From: Aulosira sp. ZfuVER01
GTDB taxonomy: Bacteria > Cyanobacteriota > Cyanobacteriia > Cyanobacteriales > Nostocaceae
Assembly: GCA_034530615.2 (NCBI GenBank)
Contig: JAVRCV020000052.1
Span: 122,559-154,558 of the forward strand
Reading direction: 5' to 3'
Length of the DNA: 32,000 nt
The translations under genes and the position numbers were made by a program. Below the pieces are notes generated by a model. The model was not told the DNA's origin, made no database searches, and worked only from the letters and a program-made list of their open reading frames with translations. Positions 24,529 to 32,000 of the stretch are shown here, piece after piece. The first letter of the stretch is position 1. Every line of letters begins with the position of its first letter.

Positions 24529-25011
24529 TTACGTGTTATCAACTACAGAGTCAAAAGCGGCAGGAATGTATTCTTGTAGTTGTAACTCGTAACCATCTAC
24601 TAATGAACTGGCTAGGGCTTTCTGTGTAAATTTTCTTTCAGAGAAATTTTTTGCTACCCTCTGACAGGAAACAATAGCAACATCAAATCGGCATGGGTAA
24701 TCTGCCTTTTCGGGGTAATTAGCTAAAAACATCTCAGCAGTACGCCAAAGCTTTGCTTGTTTTTTGGCAGTGATAGCACTTCTTCCCCCGGAATCCCAAT
24801 TACCTGGACTGCGAGTTTTGACTTCCACAAATGCCAAGGTTGAGTCTTGAGTGACTCGGCCATCATATTGGGCAATAATATCGATTTCTCCCCAACGAGA
24901 ATAAAAGCGCTGATGGAGTATTAACCAACCTGTAGATTGCAGCCATTGTGCTACTAGGTCTTCACCTAAGTCACCAATGTCGGGATAATGAGATGCAGGA
25001 GGGTTCGCCAT
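24529..25011 (-). CDS. yraN: YraN-family (UPF0102) endonuclease-like protein
   Basis: It shows the family pattern GEDLVAQWLQSTGWLILHQRFYSRWGEIDIIAQ...LAFVEVKTRS. Confidence 0.8.
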   Translation of the reverse strand: MANPPASHYPDIGDLGEDLVAQWLQSTGWLILHQRFYSRWGEIDIIAQYDGRVTQDSTLAFVEVKTRSPGNWDSGGRSAITAKKQAKLWRTAEMFLANYPEKADYPCRFDVAIVSCQRVAKNFSERKFTQKALASSLVDGYELQLQEYIPAAFDSVVDNT

Positions 25012-25026
25012 TGGCTAAAAATTTTT

Positions 25027-25536
25027 ATGACTAAAAGATTAAATATTCGGATTTGGACAAGTGTATTCAGTGTATTACTTTGGGGATTGATTGGCATCAC
25101 AGCAATTATAGGTTATGCCCCCATAGCCTTGGCACTGGAATACAACAAAGAAATTTTGGTAGAGTCGGATTTTTCGGGACGGGATTTAACAGACTCCAGC
25201 TTTACTAAAGCTAATCTCAAAAAGAGCAACTTCAGTAAAGCAAACTTGAGTGGTGTTAGCTTCTTTGCTGCAAATCTAGAATCAGCAAATTTGGAAGGAG
25301 CAAATCTAACTAATGCTACGTTAGATTCAGCTCGCTTCATTAAAGCCAATTTGACTAATGCAGTGTTAGAAGGTGCTTTTGCAGCGAATGCTAAGTTTGA
25401 TGGTGCAATAGTTGATGGCGCAGATTTTACGGATGTGCTGCTGCGTCCGGATGAGCAAAAAAAATTATGTCAGGTAGCTAAAGGTACTAATCCCACTACA
25501 GGAAGAGATACTCGCGATACCTTGTTTTGTCCTTAG
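25027..25536 (+). CDS. Pentapeptide-repeat protein with a signal peptide (probably lumenal or periplasmic)
   Basis: Starting at the ATG at 25027 gives MTKRLNIRIWTSVFSVLLWGLIGITAIIGYAPIALA followed by LEY, a canonical signal peptide. Tandem A(D/N)LxG pentapeptides follow (ANLKKSNFSKANLSGVSFFAANLESANLEGANLTNATLDSARF...). Confidence 0.85.
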   Translation: MTKRLNIRIWTSVFSVLLWGLIGITAIIGYAPIALALEYNKEILVESDFSGRDLTDSSFTKANLKKSNFSKANLSGVSFFAANLESANLEGANLTNATLDSARFIKANLTNAVLEGAFAANAKFDGAIVDGADFTDVLLRPDEQKKLCQVAKGTNPTTGRDTRDTLFCP

Positions 25537-25615
25537 TGCTTCAATATTTGGGGACGAAAGTCCTCACTACAAACGTATTTACCCTCAAAGATAGTAGCGA
25601 TCGCCTATAAAATAC

Positions 25616-25951
25616 TTAAACTAAGCGAAAGATAAATGGGTAGCGATACAATACATCGCGATCGCCCAAGATTTTGACAATGGCAATGATGGGCATGATA
25701 ATACTGATGACCCACAACCCAATCAATAGCAAAATCCCAATCCCCACCAGGGTTAGCAATCCAAAAATAATTCCGTAAATGTAAAGGTTGATGTGAAAAT
25801 TGAGGGATTCTCTGGCATTGTCTTTAACAACGGGGTCGTTACTCATCAACAAAATTGCAATCGGTATGCCAATAGATACAATTGTGGAGCTAAAAAATAT
25901 CGCTCCATGACTTAGGGCAGATAACAACTTGCGTTGTGGGAAGTCTTCCAT
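25616..25951 (-). CDS. Small integral membrane protein, DUF4870-like
   Basis: 111 aa with three hydrophobic helices. The pattern LSHGAIFFSS...PIAILLMSNDPVVKDNARESLNFHINLYIY is typical of that family as I recall it. Confidence 0.65.
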   Translation of the reverse strand: MEDFPQRKLLSALSHGAIFFSSTIVSIGIPIAILLMSNDPVVKDNARESLNFHINLYIYGIIFGLLTLVGIGILLLIGLWVISIIMPIIAIVKILGDRDVLYRYPFIFRLV

Positions 25952-26036
25952 GACTCAATCCCTCTGGTTTTGCTCACTTCTCGATTTTACGATCGCAAGT
26001 TGCGATCGCCATCATTCTGTCAGAATATATTTGCAA

Positions 26037-27620
26037 CTAAACTGAGGGATTTAATTTTTTCTCCCACAACCACCCCAATACACCTAAAGCTAATAACAAA
26101 GGTGTCAACCAATCACCCCAACGCACATATAAAGTTTGAGTTTGACGTTGATAAATTGTTTCGGCATAAGTTTCGTAGGTATTATATCTAGATATCCACA
26201 AGGTTCTACCATGAGGGTTGATAAACGCTGAATATCCGGTATTAGTCGCCCGCACTGACCATCTATCAGTTTCAATTGCCCGCATGATATCCTGTGCATG
26301 GTGCTGGAAGGGCATGGCAGCAGTGTAATGTGCATCGTTGGAGGAACTGAGGATAAATTTCCCACCCGCCGCAGCTTGACGACGAAATTGCGAAGAAAAG
26401 GCTGAGTCGTAACAAATACCAACAATTACACGCCCAAAAGGGGTATTAAATAGTTGATTGGGCGAACCAGGAACTTGATGTTCATCCAGAGGTGACAGGC
26501 GTTGAATGATCTGTCCTAAAATCGCCTCGAAAGGGATATATTCACCTAATGGTACTAGTTTGGTTTTGTCGTAGCGGCTAAAAGCTTCTCCTTTACTAGT
26601 ATAGGTAAACAAGCTATTGGTGTAACTGCGTCCTCTTTCTCCAAAAGCACCAATCCAAGCAACTACGCCTTTTTCCTTCACTGCTGAGATGATGGGAGTT
26701 GTGCTTAAGTCACGTTGGAAAAAAGGTAAGGCTCCTTCTGGGGTGAGGACTGCATCTACACCTCGATCTGCTAAAGTTAAATATCCGTTGGTGTAGCCTG
26801 CGATCGCCCGTCGCAATCCTTCTGGTTTTAGTTTAATAATGTTGGGAATGTTACCTTGAACAATTCCTATTTTTAAGGCTTGTTCTGGAGTTTGGCTGAG
26901 GGGAACACTGTAGAAGCTAAAACCGATGAGGTGTAGGGTGATGAATAGTAATGTTGCAAGTGCAAAGTATTTATTAACGAACCGCTGAGGCGCAGAGGAA
27001 CCAGAGGAGGAGATTTTACGGTTAATCCAGGCTTCGGCAATAAAGCCATTTACGGCGACAATTGCGGCTGTAATAGCGCTTGGCCCGGCGAGTTGACCGA
27101 GGTGTAAAATTACTAAATTCTGCGGACTTTGGGTGTATGAAAGAGAACTCCACCATAAAGCGCCAGCACTCCAAATTCCTTCTAATAAGCACCAGATAGC
27201 TGTGCCGATAAGTACCCGCAATACAGGTTTTGAGACAGCTAAACGCACCATCAAAGCTGCCCAAGCAACGACAATGGCTGCACCCCAAAGGGTAACGAAT
27301 GTCAAACAGAAGATGGTAATTGCCAAACTCGCCAGCCAAGGAACACCCAACCAATCCATTGGATGGATGCCGGTAATCCAGAATAAAGCTAATCCGTGAT
27401 AACCAATACCCCAAAATAAAGGTAAAAAGAAGAATTTTCGCCTTTTACCTTCTAAGTTTGTACTTTTTTGAACAACTAACACCCAGAGAGGGACGAGGGC
27501 AATCCAAGCTAGAAACCATGCGCCTACAGGGGCTACAGTTAGCCCCATTAATACCCCACTAATGAAGGATAAAATGTAAAGGCTAAAGGATGAAAATAGC
27601 TTTTTTGTTTGATACTTCAT
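26037..27620 (-). CDS. lnt: Apolipoprotein N-acyltransferase
   Basis: A polytopic N-terminal half is followed by a CN-hydrolase domain (IVQGNIP..., KTKLVPLGEYIPF, ICYDSAF). I prefer the ATG at 27620 (MKYQTKKLF...), because the track's extension to 27680 would run through a terminator-like hairpin. Confidence 0.85.
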   Translation of the reverse strand: MKYQTKKLFSSFSLYILSFISGVLMGLTVAPVGAWFLAWIALVPLWVLVVQKSTNLEGKRRKFFFLPLFWGIGYHGLALFWITGIHPMDWLGVPWLASLAITIFCLTFVTLWGAAIVVAWAALMVRLAVSKPVLRVLIGTAIWCLLEGIWSAGALWWSSLSYTQSPQNLVILHLGQLAGPSAITAAIVAVNGFIAEAWINRKISSSGSSAPQRFVNKYFALATLLFITLHLIGFSFYSVPLSQTPEQALKIGIVQGNIPNIIKLKPEGLRRAIAGYTNGYLTLADRGVDAVLTPEGALPFFQRDLSTTPIISAVKEKGVVAWIGAFGERGRSYTNSLFTYTSKGEAFSRYDKTKLVPLGEYIPFEAILGQIIQRLSPLDEHQVPGSPNQLFNTPFGRVIVGICYDSAFSSQFRRQAAAGGKFILSSSNDAHYTAAMPFQHHAQDIMRAIETDRWSVRATNTGYSAFINPHGRTLWISRYNTYETYAETIYQRQTQTLYVRWGDWLTPLLLALGVLGWLWEKKLNPSV

Positions 27621-27650
27621 AAGATTTCTTGCAAAAATCCGAATAAGAAT

Positions 27651-27696
27651 AAAAAACCACAGATGAACACCGATTAACACCGATATTTATCTGTGG
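27651..27696 (-). terminator. Candidate rho-independent terminator downstream of gyrA
   Basis: The minus strand reads ccacagat - 24-nt loop - atctgtgg followed by TTTTTT. The arms are at 27689-27696 and 27657-27664. The loop contains the direct repeat atcggtgtt/aatcggtgtt. The loop is large, so confidence is moderate. Confidence 0.5.
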
Positions 27697-27737
27697 TTCG
27701 ATATCCAAAAAATCGACTTATGCAAAAGGTCTATACT

Positions 27738-30338
27738 TCATTCTGCCTCTTCTAAAAGACCTGTATCACCCGTATCAGGAGGAACTATGGCTACTCCGGT
27801 GATGGCATCATCTTCGTCTAAGCGCTGAACTCTCACGCCTGTTGCCGATCGCGATTGTACGGAAATTGCATTCACCGCTTGGCGTATAATAATACCGCGA
27901 TTTGTTACCATCATGATTTCGTCGTCGCTGTTGACAATCTGCAAGGTGGCTAATTTGTCTTTGGTTTTGCGGTTTTTGAATTTGGTTGCCATCAAACCCT
28001 GACCGGCACGATTTTGCAACCGGAATTGGGCAACTGGGACGCGCTTGCCATATCCACCCATCGTAATTACCAACACCCAAGGGCCAGTACTACCAATAGC
28101 TGCTACTTCTGTGGATTCTTCATTTTCGATATCTTCGGTTTCGAGGATCTCTTCAATATCGGCCTCGGTTTCGGTATCTGTACTCAAGGTGTCGAGAATG
28201 GCGGCGGGAAGGATATCCATCCCGACTAATTCATCACCGGGCTTAAGTTTCATGGATTTTACACCACGAGTTGCCCTACCTAGAGGACGCAATTGTTCGT
28301 GGTTACAGCGAAAATGAATTGCCATCCCATGACGAGAACCTACAATTACACTGTCTTCTACCCTAGCGCGTCGTACCCAGCGTAATTGGTCGCCTTCTTC
28401 TAAGGAAATTGCTATTAAGCCGTTGGCGCGAATGTTACTAAATGCTGTCAAATCAGTTTTCTTGATATTGCCACCTTTGGTGAGCATCACCAGATATTCT
28501 TCACTGGTAAACTCATCAACTGGAACAATGGAAGTAATTTTTTCTTCCTTGGGAATGGGCAACATTTGCACAATTGGTGTACCGCGACTGGTACGGGAAC
28601 CCACGGGAATTTGATAAGCTTTCAGGCAGTAGACTACACCGCGATCGCTAAAAAATAAAACACTGTCGTGATCGCAGCAAGTCAAGAAATGTTCAATGGT
28701 GTCATCATCTTTGACCTTAGCCCCGGCTTTGCCTCTGGTAGCGCGGCTTTGAGCTTCAAAGGTGTTGACTGGCATCCGTTTGATATAACCTTGCTCTGTT
28801 AGCAAAATGATTGCTTTTTCATTTGCTATCAGGTCAAGATCGTCTAATTCTCCTTCTGCATGGGTAATTACAGTGCGTCGGGGTGTGGCGAAGCTAGTTT
28901 TGATTTGCGCAACTTCGTCTTCAATGATTGCCAGCACTCTTTCCCGCCGTGCCAAAATATCTTGCAAGTCGGCAATTTGTGTTTGTAAATCTTCGTGTTC
29001 TTGGCGAATTTTATCTGCTTCTAGGGCTGTTAAGCGCCGCAGTTGCATCTGTAAAATTGCATCTGCTTGGACTTCCGAAAGCCCGTATGTGGTAATTAGT
29101 TCACCTTTGGCTGTGGGTGCATCGGAAGCATGGCGAATTAAGTTAATGATTGCATCTAAATGCGATAGAGCAATTAACAATCCTTGTAAGATATGGTCAC
29201 GGTCTTCCGCTTTCCGCAGTTCATAGCGTGTGCGTCTGTTAATCGATTCAATACGGAAATCTAAGAAGACTTCTAAGAACTGCTTGATGGTGAGGGTTTG
29301 AGGTTCACCATTCACCAACGCCAGCATATTTGCCCCAAAGTTGGCTTGCAGTGGGGTTTGCTTGTAGAGGTTATTCAGTACTACCCTAGGATAGGCATCG
29401 CGCTTGAGTTCGATGACAATTCGCATCCCATCGCGATCGCTTTCATCCCGAATATCTGCAATTCCCTCGATGCGTTTATCATTCACCAACTCGGCAATTT
29501 TTTCAATTAATGCGGCTTTGTTGGTTTGATAGGGCAATTCGGTGATGATAATTGCTTCTCTTTCTGGTCTTCCTCTTTGTTCAATGGTTTCGATGTTAGC
29601 CACGCCGCGCATGGTAATCGAACCGCGCCCGGTGGTGTAAGCTTCTTTAATTGCAGCCGTTCCCAAAACCTGGGCCCCAGTGGGAAAATCTGGGCCGTGG
29701 ATATACTGCATTAACTGGAGATTGGTGATTTCTGGATTGTGAATCAATGCCACTAATCCATCAATCAATTCGCCTAAATTGTGCGGCGGGATGTTTGTTG
29801 CCATCCCCACAGCAATCCCAGAGGAACCATTCAGCAACAGCTGGGGAATCCGTGATGGTAGAACTGTTGGTTCTTGTTGGGAACCGTCGAAGTTATCAAT
29901 AAAATCTACGGTTTCCGATTCGATGTCGTGGAGTAAGGCTAGGCTAGTTAAGGCTTGCAAGCGACATTCTGTGTACCGCATTGCCGCTGGCGGATCGTTG
30001 TCTACTGAACCGAAGTTACCATGCCCGTTGATTAAGGGCGATCGCATGGAAAAATCCTGCGCCATCCGCACCAAGGCATCATATACTGCCGTGTCGCCGT
30101 GAGGGTGATATTTACCCAAAACTTCCCCCACCACACGGGCGCATTTACGGAATGGGCGATCGTGCGTCAAACCTAGCTCGTGCATTGCGTAGAGGATGCG
30201 ACGATGCACAGGTTTCAGACCATCCCTGGCATCTGGCAGCGCCCGACCCACAATCACACTCATGGCGTATTCCAGATAAGACCGGGACATTTCGTTCCGC
30301 AGATCTGTCGGGATAATCCTCTCCTGTGAGGTTGTCAT
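27738..30338 (-). CDS. gyrA: DNA gyrase subunit A
   Basis: The N-terminus reads [31 protein letters not shown]. The active-site Tyr context [10 protein letters not shown] and GHGNFGS are present, and the C-terminal domain has beta-pinwheel repeats. Confidence 0.97.
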   Translation of the reverse strand: MTTSQERIIPTDLRNEMSRSYLEYAMSVIVGRALPDARDGLKPVHRRILYAMHELGLTHDRPFRKCARVVGEVLGKYHPHGDTAVYDALVRMAQDFSMRSPLINGHGNFGSVDNDPPAAMRYTECRLQALTSLALLHDIESETVDFIDNFDGSQQEPTVLPSRIPQLLLNGSSGIAVGMATNIPPHNLGELIDGLVALIHNPEITNLQLMQYIHGPDFPTGAQVLGTAAIKEAYTTGRGSITMRGVANIETIEQRGRPEREAIIITELPYQTNKAALIEKIAELVNDKRIEGIADIRDESDRDGMRIVIELKRDAYPRVVLNNLYKQTPLQANFGANMLALVNGEPQTLTIKQFLEVFLDFRIESINRRTRYELRKAEDRDHILQGLLIALSHLDAIINLIRHASDAPTAKGELITTYGLSEVQADAILQMQLRRLTALEADKIRQEHEDLQTQIADLQDILARRERVLAIIEDEVAQIKTSFATPRRTVITHAEGELDDLDLIANEKAIILLTEQGYIKRMPVNTFEAQSRATRGKAGAKVKDDDTIEHFLTCCDHDSVLFFSDRGVVYCLKAYQIPVGSRTSRGTPIVQMLPIPKEEKITSIVPVDEFTSEEYLVMLTKGGNIKKTDLTAFSNIRANGLIAISLEEGDQLRWVRRARVEDSVIVGSRHGMAIHFRCNHEQLRPLGRATRGVKSMKLKPGDELVGMDILPAAILDTLSTDTETEADIEEILETEDIENEESTEVAAIGSTGPWVLVITMGGYGKRVPVAQFRLQNRAGQGLMATKFKNRKTKDKLATLQIVNSDDEIMMVTNRGIIIRQAVNAISVQSRSATGVRVQRLDEDDAITGVAIVPPDTGDTGLLEEAE

Positions 30339-30792
30339 AACCTAAAAAACTCCAAAAATCGCAGATTTTAGCCCTTGTACTTGACAAATTGCAAAATTAT
30401 TCCAATTTACTCTTGAATAATTGCTAGATTTTGGTACAATTCTAGCACATATTGCTTTTTGTTGCCGGGAGAGGTAAGTCTGAGGGTTAAGGAGAAACCT
30501 GACGAATCAATGGTAAATGACTGTACCTGAGAGGCTTTTGGCTGAGGGTTAAGCGAATCTAACTAAAACGCCTGCCAAATATAAGCAATTTAAAATCAAA
30601 AAAAGTATAAATAAACTAACCATTACACAGCAGGCATTATAGCTAATGAGCGTACCTCAATTAAATGTTTGACAGAGCATTCAGATTGATTTAGCTATAG
30701 ACATCACAGAGCAAATATTAGATAACGGTGTAGATTATTGCCATCAGTTTTTACTTCTGTAACTGTGATTTTCCATATCATCTGAGACTACC

Positions 30793-31005
30793 ATGACTTT
30801 TCAACAATTACGAATTGGCGATTACTTTCGGATTCCTGGTATAAGTTTCAAATGTGTGTATAGAAAAGCTAGTAATTCATCTTGCAGTTTGAATTCTCTA
30901 TTAGAACCTATTCGACCAGGAACAACAGTTGTACCGTTAAATCAAGCACAAATTGCTAAGTATATGGCAGAAAAGCGAGATTTCTGGAAAAGCTTACAGG
31001 AATAG
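30793..31005 (+). CDS. Small hypothetical protein (70 aa)
   Basis: ATG-initiated ORF in an otherwise empty spacer of about 800 bp, with non-repetitive composition. I recognise no domain. Confidence 0.45.
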   Translation: MTFQQLRIGDYFRIPGISFKCVYRKASNSSCSLNSLLEPIRPGTTVVPLNQAQIAKYMAEKRDFWKSLQE

Positions 31006-31152
31006 TGCTGCTGTGTGGAAGTCAAAAGTCAAAAGAATTGTATTCTGGGCTTTTGCGCCCTTTCCTTTTTAATGGGATCTCTATTTACGCCGTGCTTTAC
31101 TAGATATCAAGTACTCAGGGAAAGACAGATTTCAATTATGTATTGAAGAGTA

Positions 31153-31449
31153 CTAGCAATACATTGTGACATCTTCACCACATTCATCTGCTAAATAACT
31201 TAGAGCCTTGAACCGTAGTTCAACTAACTGTTCGTAGAAAGGATTGAGTTTACATAGAGGGGGAATGTAAACAAGCGTGCGATCGCAGAATTTAATTTCT
31301 CGCTCAAAAGGACAACTGGAAGGAATAATCGTACAAATTAACCGCGCTAATTGGTAATTTTCTATTTTGATGGATTCTAGGAGTTGGCGGATTGGTTGGA
31401 GTAGAACCTTGCCAAAATGAATTGAAGTGGATTTAGTGGTAAACATCAT
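31153..31449 (-). CDS. Mo-dependent nitrogenase C-terminal domain-like small protein
   Basis: The segments CPFEREIKF...IPPLCKLNPFYEQLVELRFKALSYLADECGEDV match my recollection of the cyanobacterial Mo-nitro_C family. Its ATG overlaps the stop of the upstream ORF (31446-31449). Confidence 0.55.
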   Translation of the reverse strand: MMFTTKSTSIHFGKVLLQPIRQLLESIKIENYQLARLICTIIPSSCPFEREIKFCDRTLVYIPPLCKLNPFYEQLVELRFKALSYLADECGEDVTMYC

Positions 31450-31964
31450 TTTTTTAGGGAATAAACTTGTTTAGGAGTTAGTAAGACTTTTTCTATTAGG
31501 AGTCTATCGGAATCGGAAGTATCTGCTATGATTATGTCTTTCGTCTTTTCATGCAGCAAAATTTTACCTTGAGCATCAAAACTAAAGTCTTGGCTAGGAA
31601 TAAATCCTTTTTCAATAAGTTTTTTGAGAACAAATTTAGTAACAGTTGCTAGTAACTGAGCATAGGGTTTCCAACCAGACAAATTATCTAAAATCCAGTG
31701 AAATGTATCTGTATCAGTTACAGATAACTCTAGTACTGCTGCTGTTAAAAAAGATTCTGTATATTGAAAACCCATGCTACTGTTTAGCTGAGTTATCCAA
31801 CATTCTGCTAATTTTTTATCTTTAAAGTTTAAGATGTAGATTGCTCTCTCCAGATGAAAGTGAAATAGCTCTAAATCTTCCATATTGCACCAATGAGTTA
31901 CAGCAAGAAATCTAACCAATTCATTAAAGAGAGGAAGTAGGGTGGAGGTGAATTTGGACTCCAC
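31446..31964 (-). CDS. Hypothetical protein, translationally coupled to the Mo-nitro_C-like gene
   Basis: 172-aa ORF with a 4-nt overlap onto the downstream gene. I recognise no domain. Confidence 0.55.
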   Translation of the reverse strand: MESKFTSTLLPLFNELVRFLAVTHWCNMEDLELFHFHLERAIYILNFKDKKLAECWITQLNSSMGFQYTESFLTAAVLELSVTDTDTFHWILDNLSGWKPYAQLLATVTKFVLKKLIEKGFIPSQDFSFDAQGKILLHEKTKDIIIADTSDSDRLLIEKVLLTPKQVYSLKK

Positions 31965-32000
31965 CCTGAGTTAAGGTGTATTAGGTTAGTTGTTTTCTAC

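Noticed and set aside
27689-27705. A tRNA-like GGTTCGA T-loop string (ctgtggttcgatatcc)
   Set aside because: The flanks do not form a T-arm, and no acceptor, D or anticodon stems can be drawn. The string is part of the terminator-like hairpin downstream of gyrA.
28014-30102. Numerous plus-strand ORFs opposite gyrA (for example 28807-29226 and 29779-30102)
   Set aside because: They are antisense to a very well supported 866-aa gyrA reading frame. Their composition is S/R/C-rich, typical of antisense frames.
1-32000. Mobile genetic elements, prophage or integrative island borders
   Set aside because: I found no transposase, integrase, recombinase, tRNA gene or long terminal inverted repeat anywhere in the window. 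The only repeats are short STRR/HIP1/hairpin-type elements and the intragenic TPR array.

Overview
This is a chromosomal segment from a filamentous, Nostoc/Anabaena-type cyanobacterium. By eye I count about 30 copies of the HIP1 palindrome GCGATCGC. The spacers carry 7-nt STRR-type tandem repeats, and the gene content is typically cyanobacterial: clpR-clpP3, a PAO/Tic55-type Rieske oxygenase, tocopherol genes and ktrBA.

The window holds roughly 30 genes, mostly housekeeping:
- a partial vWA gene, clpR, clpP, a J-domain/TPR protein and the Rieske oxygenase
- moaD and a small photolyase-alpha/beta-like protein
- tldD, coaE and a cobA-hemD fusion
- a tight operon of gamma-tocopherol methyltransferase, homogentisate phytyltransferase and a TPR protein
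- ktrB-ktrA, a secreted or anchored TPR protein and queA
- yraN, a pentapeptide-repeat protein, a DUF4870-like membrane protein, lnt and gyrA
- a Mo-nitrogenase-C-like small protein and several orphans

I found no rRNA, tRNA, CRISPR array or transposase.

The stand-out locus is 6354-9934. A 151-aa helical protein with an N-terminal hydrophobic helix overlaps, through an ATGA stop/start, a 1042-aa NB-ARC + TPR (NLR-like STAND) protein. The last 24 residues of the small protein and residues 4-27 of the NLR carry the same G/N/Q-rich motif (19 of 24 identical). Eleven of the 19 identical residues use different synonymous codons, so the similarity is maintained at protein level. This is the layout of NLR-associated amyloid/adaptor signalling, with a trans-acting executioner recruited by a sensor ATPase that has no effector domain of its own.

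The NLR's TPR sensor is a 126-bp tandem array showing concerted evolution, including a 227-bp perfect internal duplicate. Just upstream lies a 15-unit 21-bp tandem repeat of unclear coding status.

Other oddities:
- an in-frame insertion of about 110 bp of a GC-rich palindromic repeat inside queA
- similar purine-arm/pyrimidine-arm elements bracketing the J-domain gene
- an AT-rich, HIP1-free stretch at 11.4-14.3 kb carrying orphan genes and a noncoding gap of about 690 bp
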